A stretch of DNA of 60,000 nucleotides. Source: Lytechinus pictus. Taxonomy: Eukaryota. The stretch lies in NCBI RefSeq assembly GCF_037042905.1, contig NC_087245.1, forward strand, positions 12,464,001-12,524,000. The letters run 5' to 3'. The translations under genes and the position numbers were made by a program. Shown piece after piece: positions 1 to 12,794 of this stretch. Within the stretch, counting starts at the first letter, position 1, and the number at the start of each line of letters is the position of its first letter. The notes under the pieces are model-generated. The model did no database searches and was not told the origin of the DNA. It saw only the letters and a program-made list of their open reading frames with translations.

Positions 1-329
1 CTCCCTCTCTCTGCAAACAAAACGGTCTTCCATAAGACTACTATTCATTGTTTATAACAGGAAGATCCCAATACTTTACACGTACGTATGTACGGTATGT
101 AACGGTATACGTACACACAAAAATACACACTGCTGTGCTCTAGCTCCGTAAAATTGCCAATTATTGTACAGTTACAGTCAATGAATGAATGGGTGTGGAG
201 AAGAATTCACAGAATTGACATTGTTCCCCCGATTGTCATTTTATAACAAAGCAAAGAAGAAAGAGGACTGTTACGGCGATAGACATTCTTTTTGGAAACC
301 TATTCCGTGATTTATCCATTGTTTTTGTG
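1..329 (+). other. Candidate non-coding first (5'UTR) exon of the CSRNP gene; TSS not determined
   Basis: Consensus donor TG|GTAAGT at 329/330, followed by a relatively CpG-rich stretch (about 360-770) typical of promoter-proximal DNA. The ATG-bearing exon at 23560 has an acceptor and needs an upstream exon. The pairing is inferred. Confidence 0.45.
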
Positions 330-872
330 GTAAGTCTTGTTATAATATTATAATTCTTTGTACTCGCCGAAGCGATAGCGTCGCTTTGCTTTGCCGTTTG
401 TGAGCCGTGTGGTCGTTGACGCTGGTTTACGTGGTGTATAGGCTGTAGGCCTAGCTGTTTTTCCATGCGAGATCGAGAGTTCCTCTGCACTGGTTGGCTC
501 CCGACTCTCATGACTCTCGACTTCGCTCAAGCTCACTCAGCTCTCTCAGCCCATTCACTGTCGACTGACTCAGCTCTGGTAGACTCTGCCTGTTTTTTTT
601 TTTTGTTCTGAGAATGACAGAAAGCAATGCAACCTGGCCTTGTTCATAGACAGCTGGCGGTGCGGCCGTCTGTTTCAAGGATTTTTTAAACATTTTTAAA
701 TTTTTTTAAATTTCTCCTCGTACACAGACCGTGACAGACGGCTCGCTATCCTGCAGCCACGCGCCACCATGGCATTATTTAGTCTTGAGGACTCCATGAT
801 GATGTTTTTAAAAATATTTTGACATATATTTCTTCATCATGGAGTCTTGAATCCCCGTCCATATATCTAGTA

Positions 873-1010
873 CAGGGGCCGCGGAACGGTTTTCAAAGTG
901 GGGGGCTGACCATGCAAAAAATCACAATCATATGGTAATTTTTACGTTTTTGTACACGGTTTTGGAAAAAAGTGGGGGGGCTGAAGCCCCCCCCGCTTCC
1001 GCAGCCCCTG
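873..1010. mobile_element. MITE (non-autonomous DNA transposon)
   Basis: TIRs CAGGGGCCGCGGAA / TTCCGCAGCCCCTG; TAGTA on both flanks (868-872, 1011-1015). Confidence 0.75.
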
Positions 1011-1259
1011 TAGTATAAGAGACACATGTACACAAAGATGGATTTCCCTAGGAAATCCATAGTTTGACACTTTGACTCTTTGAGGGTGAAATCGGTTTGT
1101 ATTGTCAAATTTTATTTATCTATGAACCTTCAGGCGCCTATTTTATAAAGCCAAGGGATAAAAATTATTTCACTATAAATGGTAAAAATGAAACGTTTCT
1201 TACCAGACCCGATCTCCCGTAGATCCCTCGATCCGTTTGTCAACAAAGTCAAAGCATTC

Positions 1260-1550
1260 CTTGATTCTTTTATTCATTCTTTTATTCTTTCCTTTTAAGT
1301 TTTTCTCTTATTCTTTGTTTCTTTCCTTCCTCTTTTTTCTTTTCTTTCTTTCCTTTCCCCTTTTCTTGTCTTTCGCCCATACTTTCCTTCATTCTTCTTT
1401 TCATTAATTTTTTAGTTTCTTTTCTTTTTTTCCCCCTTTTTTCTTTCCTACCTTCATTCATGAGTTTATTTTGTTCTTTCCTTTTTCTTCCCTCCATTCT
1501 TTCATTCCTCCTTTCTTTCTGTTATAATTTATTTCTTTCTCTCCTCTTTA
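1260..1550. repeat. CT-rich low-complexity tract
   Basis: Near-pure pyrimidine run; source of the spurious K/E/R-rich ORF 1282-1497. Confidence 0.9.
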
Positions 1551-1752
1551 TCTAATCTAATTTTTGGGGTTTGAATATACCGGTATTGAAGAATCCAATA
1601 CCGAAAAAGCTTTAGTACCCTTTCATATTTCTTTGGTTTTGCCTAGGTGCCCCTGTTGCCTTGGTGCCCTTAAATTTTTTTTGAGAAAGCCTCCCAAACC
1701 CAAAATTACCTGTCCCTAAAACTGGTGATATTTGAGGCCTGGTAAACCCATG

Positions 1753-2064
1753 GGCCCGTATTCTGAAGTCGGGTTTAACTTAAACTTGTGTTTAAAGTTG
1801 TGGTTTAAGTATGGATAGCCAAATGTTACATAAATCACTAACAGTAGAGATATCATATTTCAGCTCATTTGGCTCTCAAATCATTCATAATTGTCTAGGA
1901 AGTATACAAAGATGGTTGTCTTCACCATCAATGAATCAGGAAAGAGCACAGTAAACATAAGAAACATACAACTTAATAAAAAAAATTGACACTTTTGGCT
2001 TCCCATAATTTTAGCACAGAGTTAGACCATGGTCTAAGTTAAACCTGACTTCAGAATACGGGCC
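1753..2064. mobile_element. MITE, PIF/Harbinger-like termini
   Basis: About 30-bp TIRs GGCCCGTATTCTGAAGTCGGGTTTAACTTA / TAAGTTAAACCTGACTTCAGAATACGGGCC; TSD not clean. Confidence 0.75.
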
Positions 2065-3328
2065 ATTTGGTCTATCAATTGGTCCTACATGTACGTGTAC
2101 CATTACTTGGTCTAATTATTCACTTGGGCTAACTGTCTCTTGTACAAATGGTTCACAATGTTTGTTGACTTTGTTCACCTTATCTTTGTCCATTTTTGTA
2201 CTTTTTGGGGGGTTCATTAGCAGTCCATCTATTCACATGGATATTGGAAAGATGGGCTGACTGTCTTCAGACTTCGGACATTTTGAAAAATTGCTTGTAA
2301 TGTTTAGTTTCATGTACCCTGAAGTTATGTTTTACCACACCCCCCCCCATAAAACATAATGATAAAGAATAATAATTAATAATAAAATTGAATTAAATTA
2401 AATTCAATGAAATTAGCCACAAAAATGGATCCCCCTAAAAAAAGTTGTCAGACTTTTCTAATTGAGTCTATTTAGATTTATCTGTCCATAAGATTCGGAT
2501 TGCATCTTTCATCTGTATGTTATGTTTTACATTTTTTATTTTAAAAAAAATATAACTTTTTTTCTACATGCATGACATGTACAGTACAGGTATGTACATG
2601 TATTTGCTCTTCCAGTAAGAGCAGTTTACAATGTACAGTATTGTTGTGTAGTCTATAATGTTGATATATTACAGACCAATATTCACTTGTTTGTATCAAT
2701 TTTAATCTGCTTTTAATGGTCACCATTCTTTTGAATGCATTTGTTCATTATCCAAATTTCAAATAATGAATAGTGCAGGCCAGTTGGTGCAGGCCAGCCG
2801 GCACATGTAGCCCTATTATTGTACTAAACAGGTACATGTCATAGCTCCATGGTACAATACATGTAGTAGGGCTACCGGCTACCGTACTTATAATTATAAG
2901 CTCCACTCCAGAGAGACTGTCCACTAGTAGCATGGGTAAATTGGCCCTTCCTGAGAAATGAGACAGGGTCTATTTTAGGAAAATGGGGAATGGAGATGAA
3001 TGAAATTAGCTTGAAAAGAGGGCTTGTGTTTTACATGGATTGATGGATGTTGAGGAAGAGTTTTGACCTGATTGGGATAGCTGCATGAGTGTGTACGTGT
3101 ATTGGAATTCGGTAATTAGGGGTTTTTTTAAGCTGTTTTCTTGTTTCACATTCATGATGTACATCATGTACTACATTGTATAGTGCTTTATTGAAGGTCT
3201 ACAGATTATACTCTACAACAAGTAAAATTCAATCAAGAAACTATGTTTGGATAGTACCGTACTGACATCTTATGTTTAATAAGACCCTGCTCTTATCGAC
3301 TCTCTTGAACTGGTTTCTCTAAACCAGT

Positions 3329-3887
3329 TTAAAGGGATTCTCCAGGCGGGAGATATCTCAATTTGATAAATATCGGGTAACAAATAACGAAGTTATTGAA
3401 TTTTAAAGATTTGCATTATTCCGGTGAAACAGTTCTAGGCATGTCTTATGAATATTCATCAGGTAGGCTGATGTCATATCCCCACTTATTCTTTTGTATT
3501 TTATTACATGAAATTAGAATAATTCAATATTTTTCTACCAAGAACTAAAACAATTGGATTGACATTTGACAACTGATGAAGTGCATTATTTATTGCTAAA
3601 ATTTATTTTATAATAATGGAGACACATCATTTTATACACATGTATGGAAAAATGAAACATGATTTCATGTAGTAACATAAGAAAAGGGAAAGTGGGGATG
3701 TGACATCATTAGCTCACATAATGAATATTCATGACCATGCGCATATAACTGTTTTCACAAAATATTGATAAATTTAAAAATCAGTAACTTTGTTATTTGT
3801 TATCCGATTTTGATGAAATTTTCAGCATTTTCTCTGTGAATTTTATTTATTTTGATATAATATTTTCAGCCTGGACCATCCCTGTAA
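3329..3887. mobile_element. TTAA-flanked Kolobok-like non-autonomous element
   Basis: Starts TTAAAGGGA..CCAGGC and ends GCCTGGACCATCCCTGTAA. Shares the internal CCGATTTTGATGAAATTTTCAG motif with copies at 22382, 29478, 32848 and 35103. A partial copy lies at about 4015-4130. Confidence 0.65.
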
Positions 3888-4436
3888 GAAATCAGTTATA
3901 TAGAAAATTGCTTCATCACCTTATATAGGCCGATCCTGAATTGTTTCCAGAACCACTTCAAGTATACATGAAGTGGTCAGTTGCAATGGGAACACTCAGT
4001 GGAGTTACACATTTTAAAGGGGTACTCCTGGCTGAAAATATATATCTAAAATAAAATTCACAGAGCAAAATGCTGAAAATTTTGTCAAAATCTGATAACA
4101 AATGGCGAAGTTATTGAATTTTAAATTTTGCATACACTAGAGTCTCGTACTTTTGTGCAAAGCTTGGTTCCCGAAGAATAGTTGTGTCCTTCACCTACAT
4201 GTACGCTTAAACCAGTTTAATGAGGGAAGGGGTCTACAAGTAAGAACAAATAACATCGCTTCCAAGACCGCTTCAAGCATCCCCACTACATGTTAAACTG
4301 ATTGCCACTAGTTTCAGGAAGAAGATGAGAATGGGTCAAATAAAGACACCCTACTTATGCAGGCCCCAGTAATACCTCGGTTACATAATTTACTCTATGG
4401 CGGCCGTACGGCGAGTCAAAAACAGCCGTTTTAACA

Positions 4437-6654
4437 TTTTTGTCTCACCTTCATAGCAGAGTGAGACTATAGGCGCTGCTTTTCCGACAGCGGTGGCAGC
4501 GTCAACACCAAATCTTAACCTAAGGTTAAGTTTTGAAATGACAGCATAACTTAGAAAGTATTTGGACCTAGTTCATGAAACTTGGCCATAAGGTTAATCA
4601 AGTATTACTGAACATCCTGCCCGAGTTTCTTGTCACATGACCAAGGTCAAAGGTCATTTAGTGTCAATGAACTTAGACCATGTGGGGGGAATCAACATTA
4701 AAATCTTAACCTAAGGTTAAGTTTTTAAAATGTCATCATAACTTAAAAAATATATGGACCTATAGTTCATGAAACTTGGGCATAAGGTTTATCAAGTATT
4801 ATTATAGAATGGATGGGAAAATCCCTGCAATCTGATTGGTTGAGAGCAATGCAAGAATTTTTACTGGGCTGCATGAACGATATCCCGATAATCAAAACGA
4901 TATCCACTGTAAACAAGCTATCGTCCGAAAAGGTCATTGTGATGTCATCGCGCATGTACTGTTACGCTTGTTTACGTCAAAATTTTGAATTTTCGATCAA
5001 GGCAGAATGAATCAAATAAAGGATGCAAAATGATCTGTAAGTACAAATACGTTACCGTAATTGTCATAGGGATTAAAAATGCCTGCATACTCGTTAGTTG
5101 AGAAGTCCAGACATACGATCTAACGTTTATAGATCTACTGGCACTGCCCTGGGCTGGCTGTGCACAGCCAAATCTCCAGTGCGGGCCCAGGCAGCCGTAG
5201 GCACTGGCCACCGGAGCGGCCCGGGCATACACACACAGCTATGGCTGCCTCATAGATCTAGTCAATGCAAAGCTGTATCTGGCATCTTGGGTATAATGAT
5301 GCCTTTGTGCCAACATATTATCAAGTTAGGCATACATATTTATGTTTTCCAGGGTTATCAAAGGGTCTGCATTACATTTTGGAATTTTCATGCATCCGGT
5401 AAAAAATCATGCGTCCAGTAAAAAAAATCATGCGTCCAGTAAATATTTTCATGCGTCCAGTAAATTGAATTTACTGGACGCATGAAATTATCATGCATCC
5501 GGTAAATCATTAATTTTTGTGGTTTATTCAATAAAATTTTTCCATTCTATAAAACAGATGATGCATGGGTTTCTTTCGTGGGTCAGTGGAACTGTGTGCA
5601 CGCGGTAACTTTGGCATTATGGTCTAAACCCACTCGGCTGCGCCTCGTGGGTTAAACCATGCCAAAGTTACCTTGTGCACACAGTTCCTACTGACCCACT
5701 CTAACCCATGCATCATTTGTATACTGAACATCCTGCATTAGTTTCACGTTACATGACCAAGGTCAAAAGGTCATTTGGGGTCAATGAACTTTGGCCAAAT
5801 TGGGGGTATTTGTTGAATTATGATAACTTTGAAAGTATTTTTGTCTAGTTCATAAAACTTGGACTTACATGTATGAGTAATCAAGTATCACTGAACATCC
5901 TGTGCGCATTTCAGGTCACATGACCAAGGTCAAAGGTCAATAAACTTTGGCCATATAGGGTATCTGTTGAATTACCATCATAACTTTGAAAGTTTATGGA
6001 TCTGATTCATGAAACTTGGCCATAAGAGTAATCAAGTATCTTTGAACCTCCCTTCCGAGTTTCAGGTCACATGACCAAGGTCAAAGGTCATTTAAGGCCA
6101 ATGAACTTTGGCCATGTTGGGGGTATTTGTTGAATTACCATCATATCTCTGTAAGTGTATTGGTCTAGTTCATAAAACGTGGACATAAGAGTAACCAAGT
6201 ACCACTGAACATCTTGTGTGAGTTTCAGATCACATGACCAAGGTCTAAGGTCAATGGATTTTGGCCATGTTTGGGGGTATTTGTTGAGTTACCATCATAA
6301 CTCTGTTGTATATTGGTCTAGTTCATAAAACTTGGACATAAGAGTCATCAAGTATCACTGAACATCTCATTTGAGTTTCAGGTCACATGACCAAAGTCAA
6401 AGGTCATTTAAAGTCATTGAACTTTGGCCATTTTAGAGATAATTATTAGATTGCTGTCATAACTTTCAAAGTTTATAGATATAGTGTATAAAATGTGGAT
6501 ATAGGGTAATCAAGTATCACTGACAAGTTATAGGTCACATTATCAACGTCAAATGTCAATGAACGTAGTATTTTATCATCATATGAATGGTGTTTTTTGT
6601 GAATAATTATTTTATACTAGTTTTCAAAGTCAGCACTGCTGCTATATTATATCG
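4437..6654 (+). mobile_element. Helentron/DINE-like element with internal ~120-bp tandem repeats, 3' end lost
   Basis: Begins TTTTTGTCTCACC..GTGAGAC (short subterminal hairpin), then repeated units containing CACATGACCAAGGTCAAAGGTCA..GAACTTTGGCC. The superfamily call is inferred from architecture. Confidence 0.6.
4802..5723. mobile_element. Two-hairpin insertion element (Crypton-like, inferred)
   Basis: Interrupts host unit ATCAAGTATTA|CTGAACATCCTG. Inverted repeat TTATAGAATGGA/TCCATTCTATAA is followed by a ~170-bp terminal hairpin (5553-5723) with loop TCGGCTGCGCCTC. Confidence 0.6.
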
Positions 6655-7368
6655 CGGCTGTTTTCCGCCGTAGAGCAAATGTGACCGAAGTACATGTATA
6701 AGCAACCTGTTTTCAGGCCTTGGAAATTAGAAAACACCCAAAACAATTGGGCTTTATTGATGATTCTCGACTCTCAAGTCTGGGGTATATGATGGTGATG
6801 ATTGTTGATGATGATGTTTAAGATGATGATGATACATGTATACATGCACATTTATCATATATCAAGATACATGTAGTTTTCTGAACAGGTTGCAGGTGAG
6901 AGACTCTTCATATAATGTAGTTCTGTGCACTTGTAGAGCAAACAAGGCCATGCTTGTTACTCAATCCAGTGACTATTGTTGGATCCTTATTTTCAATTCC
7001 AATTCCCCTGGGGGCAGCAAGCCATGTCATCAGTTGCTATGGAAATCAAGATATCGTGTGATGGGTGACTGCATTTGTATCCTAGCAACCAAATTCCAAC
7101 CACTCAATCCGCCTTCCCCAAATGATCAGTTCAAGTCTGGCTTGCAAATAGATCTCCATCTCTCTCTTAATATTTTTCTTCAATCTTTCTTGCATTGGTT
7201 GCCTGTTGCCTCCATGCTCTTTACCATGCCCTTATTGATTACGTTACGCACTATTAACATTAGAAATCTGTACAGTATTGCATTTATGATAGCCTGTGGT
7301 AACATTCATGTTTTTGAGAGAAAAAAAACCCCAAATGTTTCTACCTGTATGGGAAGGGTCTGTGCTGG

Positions 7369-7506
7369 CTGCACAGAAACATTGTTAGCCTAACAGAGCG
7401 CTATTACAGTAAGCCCGGTCACATCTTTCGGATTGTATCGCTGGACATTACTGGTTGTAGCAGGGTGTCTATACCGCATTGTTAGCGCTAAGAACGTTTC
7501 TGTGCA
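7369..7506. mobile_element. Small MITE / inverted repeat
   Basis: TGCACAGAAACATTGTTAGC ... GCTAAGAACGTTTCTGTGCA. Confidence 0.55.
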
Positions 7507-7871
7507 TTCAGTACTGGTCAGTTATGTGAATTTTTCTCAAACTCTTCTAACATTCCAAATTTCCAATATTGTAAAAACTGTCAAGTGGTCATTGGATGTT
7601 CTTTAGCCGCTAGAAGTAGAATTCATATGTAAATAGCACCCTCATCAGGTAATGATTACATGTATATTTAAAAATAGCTATGTGATTACAAAAATGTACA
7701 TTGCCCATTTAAGTTACAAATTTAGTAATTGGATATTAGAAAACAAACCACAGACAATGAGACAAAGATTTCTTCTGTTAATGTTATTTCCGCCCACTCT
7801 GTATGCTTAAGATTAAGAAGAGGTTTTATTTTATGTCCTGCACATCATAACTGTTTTAGGCCATGCACATT

Positions 7872-8723
7872 AGGTGGTTTCAAACTGCCTCGATCACAAG
7901 AATCCCCGTTAAATTACGAGAACATTTACATGCTCAAAAATACCAGATAATTATTTTTGCATTCAGACCGCCCCGAAACACACTCTTTGGGGAAATTTCT
8001 CAAAGTTATGAGCATGCGCAGTACTGTCTGGTAGCAGACGAAGAAGCGCGCGCTTTTAGCGGTACGGCCGGGGAGGGAAATCCACCTGCGGCCGGCCTAG
8101 CTCTAGCACGTACAAACTACGCTTGATCGTATGCTCAAATCATTTGTTCCCTTGATCATTTGCAATTGCACTAGATTTCTCTCCACATTGAAATTAAGGC
8201 CTTGGTGGCCTCCTCACTCCAGTGCGATGTCATCTGGTATGAAAATTTAGAATACCGGTAAATATCACCCTTAATTCGTAAAACTATCTTTTTAAGAAGA
8301 AGAATCAACCGCCTAGTCAAAGTCGAACCCCGAGTCACGTCGCATGAAAAGTGTACGTATGTTTATCGCTGCATGCACGTACTGGCGCTTGCTTGCTCGC
8401 TCGGTAGGCCTCGCATCAGCTAGCCTCGCATATCGAACAGCGCGGGCTATGAACCGGAAATTCACTTATCGCGGTGATCGATGGGATACAAGTTCTCGTA
8501 GTTTGCTTTCAGATTGCCAAAATACCCACGACCTTGGAAAAATCCCCGCGAAAGTTCTCATAATTTCGCCAAGTACCTACTATTTAGCGGTATTTTCTTT
8601 CGGGGATATTACGCGTAGTTTGCTTTCACATTACCAAAATACCTGGTATTTTCTGATCGGGGTAAATTTCCCGATCAGAGAATACCTGGAACTGACGAAC
8701 TTCGAGGCGATCTGAAACCACCT
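7872..8723. mobile_element. Harbinger-like non-autonomous DNA transposon
   Basis: TIRs AGGTGGTTTCAAACTGCCTCGA / TCGAGGCGATCTGAAACCACCT; 3-bp TSD ATT (7869-7871, 8724-8726). Confidence 0.7.
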
Positions 8724-10831
8724 ATTTATTAATGAAATACACTGTAGAGTATTGTGCATTTTTGGTGGATTCACCAACATGAAAGTGGCTGATAATAAAA
8801 GTTTCATAACTACAATAATTGGAAGCACAAACTTAAATAAAAAGAGTTCTGACTCTGAGCTATAATTGAGTTCTTCTTCACATTCTCACTCATTCTTCTA
8901 CACGTACATGTACATGTATGTGTAGTTTGAGAGCCTCCATCAAACTGCGCCCCAGAGTTGTTCTAGATTGAAATTACACTAAAAATGAGATTGATCTCAG
9001 ATCTTATTTGTTTATATTACACAATTTAAGATCAATCTCAGTTTGAGTTTGTTTATTTCGACCAGCATATGATGCATAGCCATCATTCATTACCCCATCT
9101 CACAAAAAAACATAGTTGGCATTCCTCAAGAGAGGGGGGTCAGCAAATGATTGACCTCTATATTTTCACCCAAGGATTTGATTATTGTTGTAGAGAGCAT
9201 GTATTCAATTCATACATGTACATGTACGTAGGCCTGTAACAGTAATGGTAAACCTCTTTTGAACTTGAGGGAGACTTCTTTAATACCACATTTGAATAGT
9301 GGGCTGTATGTACATGTACATGAATATTTTGATACCTAATGATCTGCATGTCAGCCAACATGTAGATTGCCTTTTATGTCTTAAGTTTGTTTAATTATGA
9401 AAAGCATAAAAAGGAAAAGATAATTGATGCATTTGGTGTTCAGGGAATAATTGACCTGCTGTATAACTTTTCGAGTTGCATAATTAGTGCTTCATTGAAT
9501 GCCTTGATTTCGTGTGGCAGGTTTTAGGGCTGTATAGACGACCTACATTACAACCTTGTTGAAATCTTGTAAAAACCAAAACCAAACCTGCCTAATCAAA
9601 TTTGATCTAATTGAAATTATTCTTTGGCATATCGCACCCTCCCTGGGTATTTTCTTTATTTTTGTTTAAAAATTATACTTGAAGAACTTACTTTACAAAT
9701 TTTATTTTAAAATAAGCTACAGATAAAGATTATGTCCTGAAATTTTCAACCCATTCCATATTTTAGAAGGGGATATTTACAAACTTGACAAAAATAGGCA
9801 GATATTTGAACAGGCTCCAGATCAAAATACATCAATATTTTTTATAAAATCGCGCTAAATCAGTGATCTATCCAACAAATCATGTTCTTATCGTTACATC
9901 ATAAGCCTAATTGTTTTATAGAGCATACACATCATATTTGAATACAGGCCTATAATCTAGAAATAACTTGGAATAGTGACATGGTGTTTTTTTTTTTTGG
10001 GGGGGGGGATTAACCAATGCAAAAGATGCAGGTACATGTAGGATTTTAAAAAATCACAATGTACATGTATGCATTATGCAGCAGCTTCTTCATCCATTCA
10101 TACATTACATGAAGACATGCACATTGTTTTTATTCAGTGAGAATGGGGATTAACTCTGCACATTTACATGTAGGCCTACACGAATTGTTGATTATGGAAA
10201 GAAGGGAATTTTTGTTTACTACATGAACTCCCATTTTGAAGCCACATTCTCCAGCTTGAATTTGAAAAACTTTGATTCTTGCATGAAAAATGATCTTGAA
10301 TACAACTTTAGTCAGTGAATAGCGACTTAGCCAGATACCCAGCTAGAATGAACATCAGTGTGTGAGCTGAGAATTCTAAGCGTGGAACTAAAGAATTCTT
10401 CCAGCCTTTGGTGACGGAAATTGACACTCGCCCACAGTTTTGTAAAGGTCACAGAATAATCAGGAGCAGTGCTCATTCTAAATATCAAGTTCCCAACATA
10501 TCCCAAAGAATGTACATGTACACACTACCTGGACTGTACTTTTTAACCTTTTTTCAAACTTTAAATGTAGGCCCAATATAACTTTGGCATTTTTGAAAGC
10601 CTGTATACACAAGAAAGTACACAAACAATGCTTACAGAACATGGGCCTGTCTACAATGTACAGTTAACTGAGTTCCTTGTTATAAATCAAGGAGATTTCT
10701 TCTTTAGAAAGATGAAAATATTCATTTTGAGCATTTTAGATCCTTTTTTATGTTTTTTTTAAGGAAGAATGTTAGGATAAAATGCAGCATAATATAGTTA
10801 ATTTCTGATCCAAAACTACAGCATACATGTA

Positions 10832-12794
10832 CAGGGTGCTACATAACTTTTTTGAAGCACTTGCCCAGTTGGGCAAGTAAATTTTCAAATAATTGGAAAA
10901 TACTTGCCTGAATATAGATTTCACTTGCCCGAAAAAATCCTTCAAAACAAAGTTTTATTGCTTCAAAACAAATATAGCAAGCCTTACGGTTTTACATACC
11001 ATACCATTGACGGCTTTATTAATACATTTTTCAACATGACTACTGATGTACCTTGTAGTTTTACTTTTTTTTATTGATTTTTATCTTGAACATCATGACA
11101 AAATATATGGTCAATATGCTCTTTATTTCCTAATCTCATATATTTTCCATATATTTTGGAGGGGACTAGGACACACAATAAAAAAGGGGAAATCACTGAA
11201 AATAACCAGAGAAAAAAAATTAAGAGAGGGGGAGAGAATGAAAGAAAAAAATAAGAAAGACAGAAAGGAGGAAGAAACAATGAGAGAAAGGCTGCGGGGA
11301 AGAGAAAGAAAGAAAGAAAGAGAGAGATAGAGAAAGGCTGAGGGGAAGAGAAAGAAAGACAGAAGGGAAAGAAGGAAGGAAAGAAAAAAAAAACTGAGGG
11401 GAAGAGAAAAGAAGGAACAAAGAAAAAAAGAAAGAAAAAAGGTAAAAAGAAAGAAAGGAAGAAAGAAAAGAGAAAAAGAAAAGGTAAAGGATGGATGGAA
11501 GGAAGGAAAAGAAAAAAAACAAGAGAAAGGAAAGAAGGGAAGAAAGGAAGAAAAGGTATAAGGATAGATGGAAGGAAGGAAAAAAAGAAAGAAACGAAAG
11601 ACAGAAAGAAATGAAGGAAGGCAGAAAGAAAAAATATCGAAGAAAAGAAAGGATGGATGGAAAAAAGAAAGAACGAAAGACAGAAATAAAGAAAATCAGA
11701 AAGAAAGAAAGGAAGGAAGGAGAATGAAAGACAAATAGAAAGGAAGGAATGAAGGAAAGAAATAAAGAAAAGAAAAAATGAAAGGGATGAAGAAAGTAAG
11801 GAAGAAAAGGTTAAGAATGGATGGACGGAAGGAAAGGTTAAGAATGGATGGACGGAAGGAAGACATTAAGAAAGAATGAAAGTAAGGGGAAAAAGAAGGA
11901 AGGATTATTAAAGAAAGAGGTAAACAAAGGTTGGATGGAAGGAAGAAAGAAGAAAAGAATGACAAAAAGAAAGACAGCTATAGTAACAGAAAAAATGAAC
12001 AAAAGGAAGGAAATTTAAAGAAAAGAGAGATTCAAAAGAAGGAAAGATTGAAAAGAAAAGAAGGAAAGATAGGCAGAAAGAAGGGAAATAGAGAGGAAGA
12101 AAGCTCAAACTATCCAGTCATAAATAGAGAAGAAAATTTATCAATTTCCTTGGCTAAAAAAAATAGTTACGAAAGAAAACACGTTTATCAACATACACAC
12201 TGCATATGTTGGACTGTCAAACAATGTATTTCAGTGCGTGTGATACAGACGATCATTCGAAACCCGATCTTTTTTAAGCATAAAGAAGTGAAAATTTCTC
12301 CTTTTGCACTTACAAATGACAGAGCTACCCCAATTTTTAGGAAATATGGACATAACAAGAATTTTCAGTGGTAAGAAATGTGAATTTTGACAGTTCTGTG
12401 GGAGATTTCTTCCAGATCAAACTTTGTTCGTGCAGCACCGTACTCCATAGAAACTTCACTACATGCATCGGCTGCGTGGACGAGGCGCTACATGTAGGTA
12501 TGCTAGACTGCCATTGATTCTGTGTGTGTGTGTGTACGTCTCTGAGCTGTGTTTATTGCAGAAAATGGCGCAAATTTTGCAATTCGAATCATGACTTAAA
12601 GTTTTTTAAAGAAGAAATTAATGATATGGCTTTTTTTGTCTCTTTTTCTTTTCTATATTTTGATGCTGAAATATGGGGAATCTTTCTGAAATATATTACG
12701 AGAATTTTGCTTGCCCGATTCGGGCAATCAGTTTTTGTTTTTGCTTCAAAACACTTGCCCCGGGCAATCGGGCAAGCGCTTATGTCGCACCCTG
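10832..12794. mobile_element. hAT-like non-autonomous element carrying a ~900-bp GA-rich tract
   Basis: TIRs CAGGGTGCTACATAA / TTATGTCGCACCCTG, subterminal CTTGCCC/GGGCAA repeats; CATGTA on both flanks. Confidence 0.75.
11210..12105. repeat. GA-rich low-complexity tract (GAAA/GGAA)
   Basis: Almost pure purine sequence; source of several spurious ORFs. Confidence 0.9.

Larger units (their letters stand above)
4373..6692. mobile_element. Palindromic MITE split by a ~2.2-kb nested insertion
   Basis: Left arm TACCTCGGTTACAT..CTATGGCGGCCGTACG (4373-4436) and right arm CCGCCGTAGAGCAAATGTGACCGAAGTA (about 6655-6692) match the two arms of the intact copy at 46554-46706. Confidence 0.7.

Noticed and set aside
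11046..12374. K/E/R-rich and F/S/L-rich ORFs
   Set aside because: Translations of GA/CT low-complexity sequence (likewise 1282-1497 and 47778-48270).
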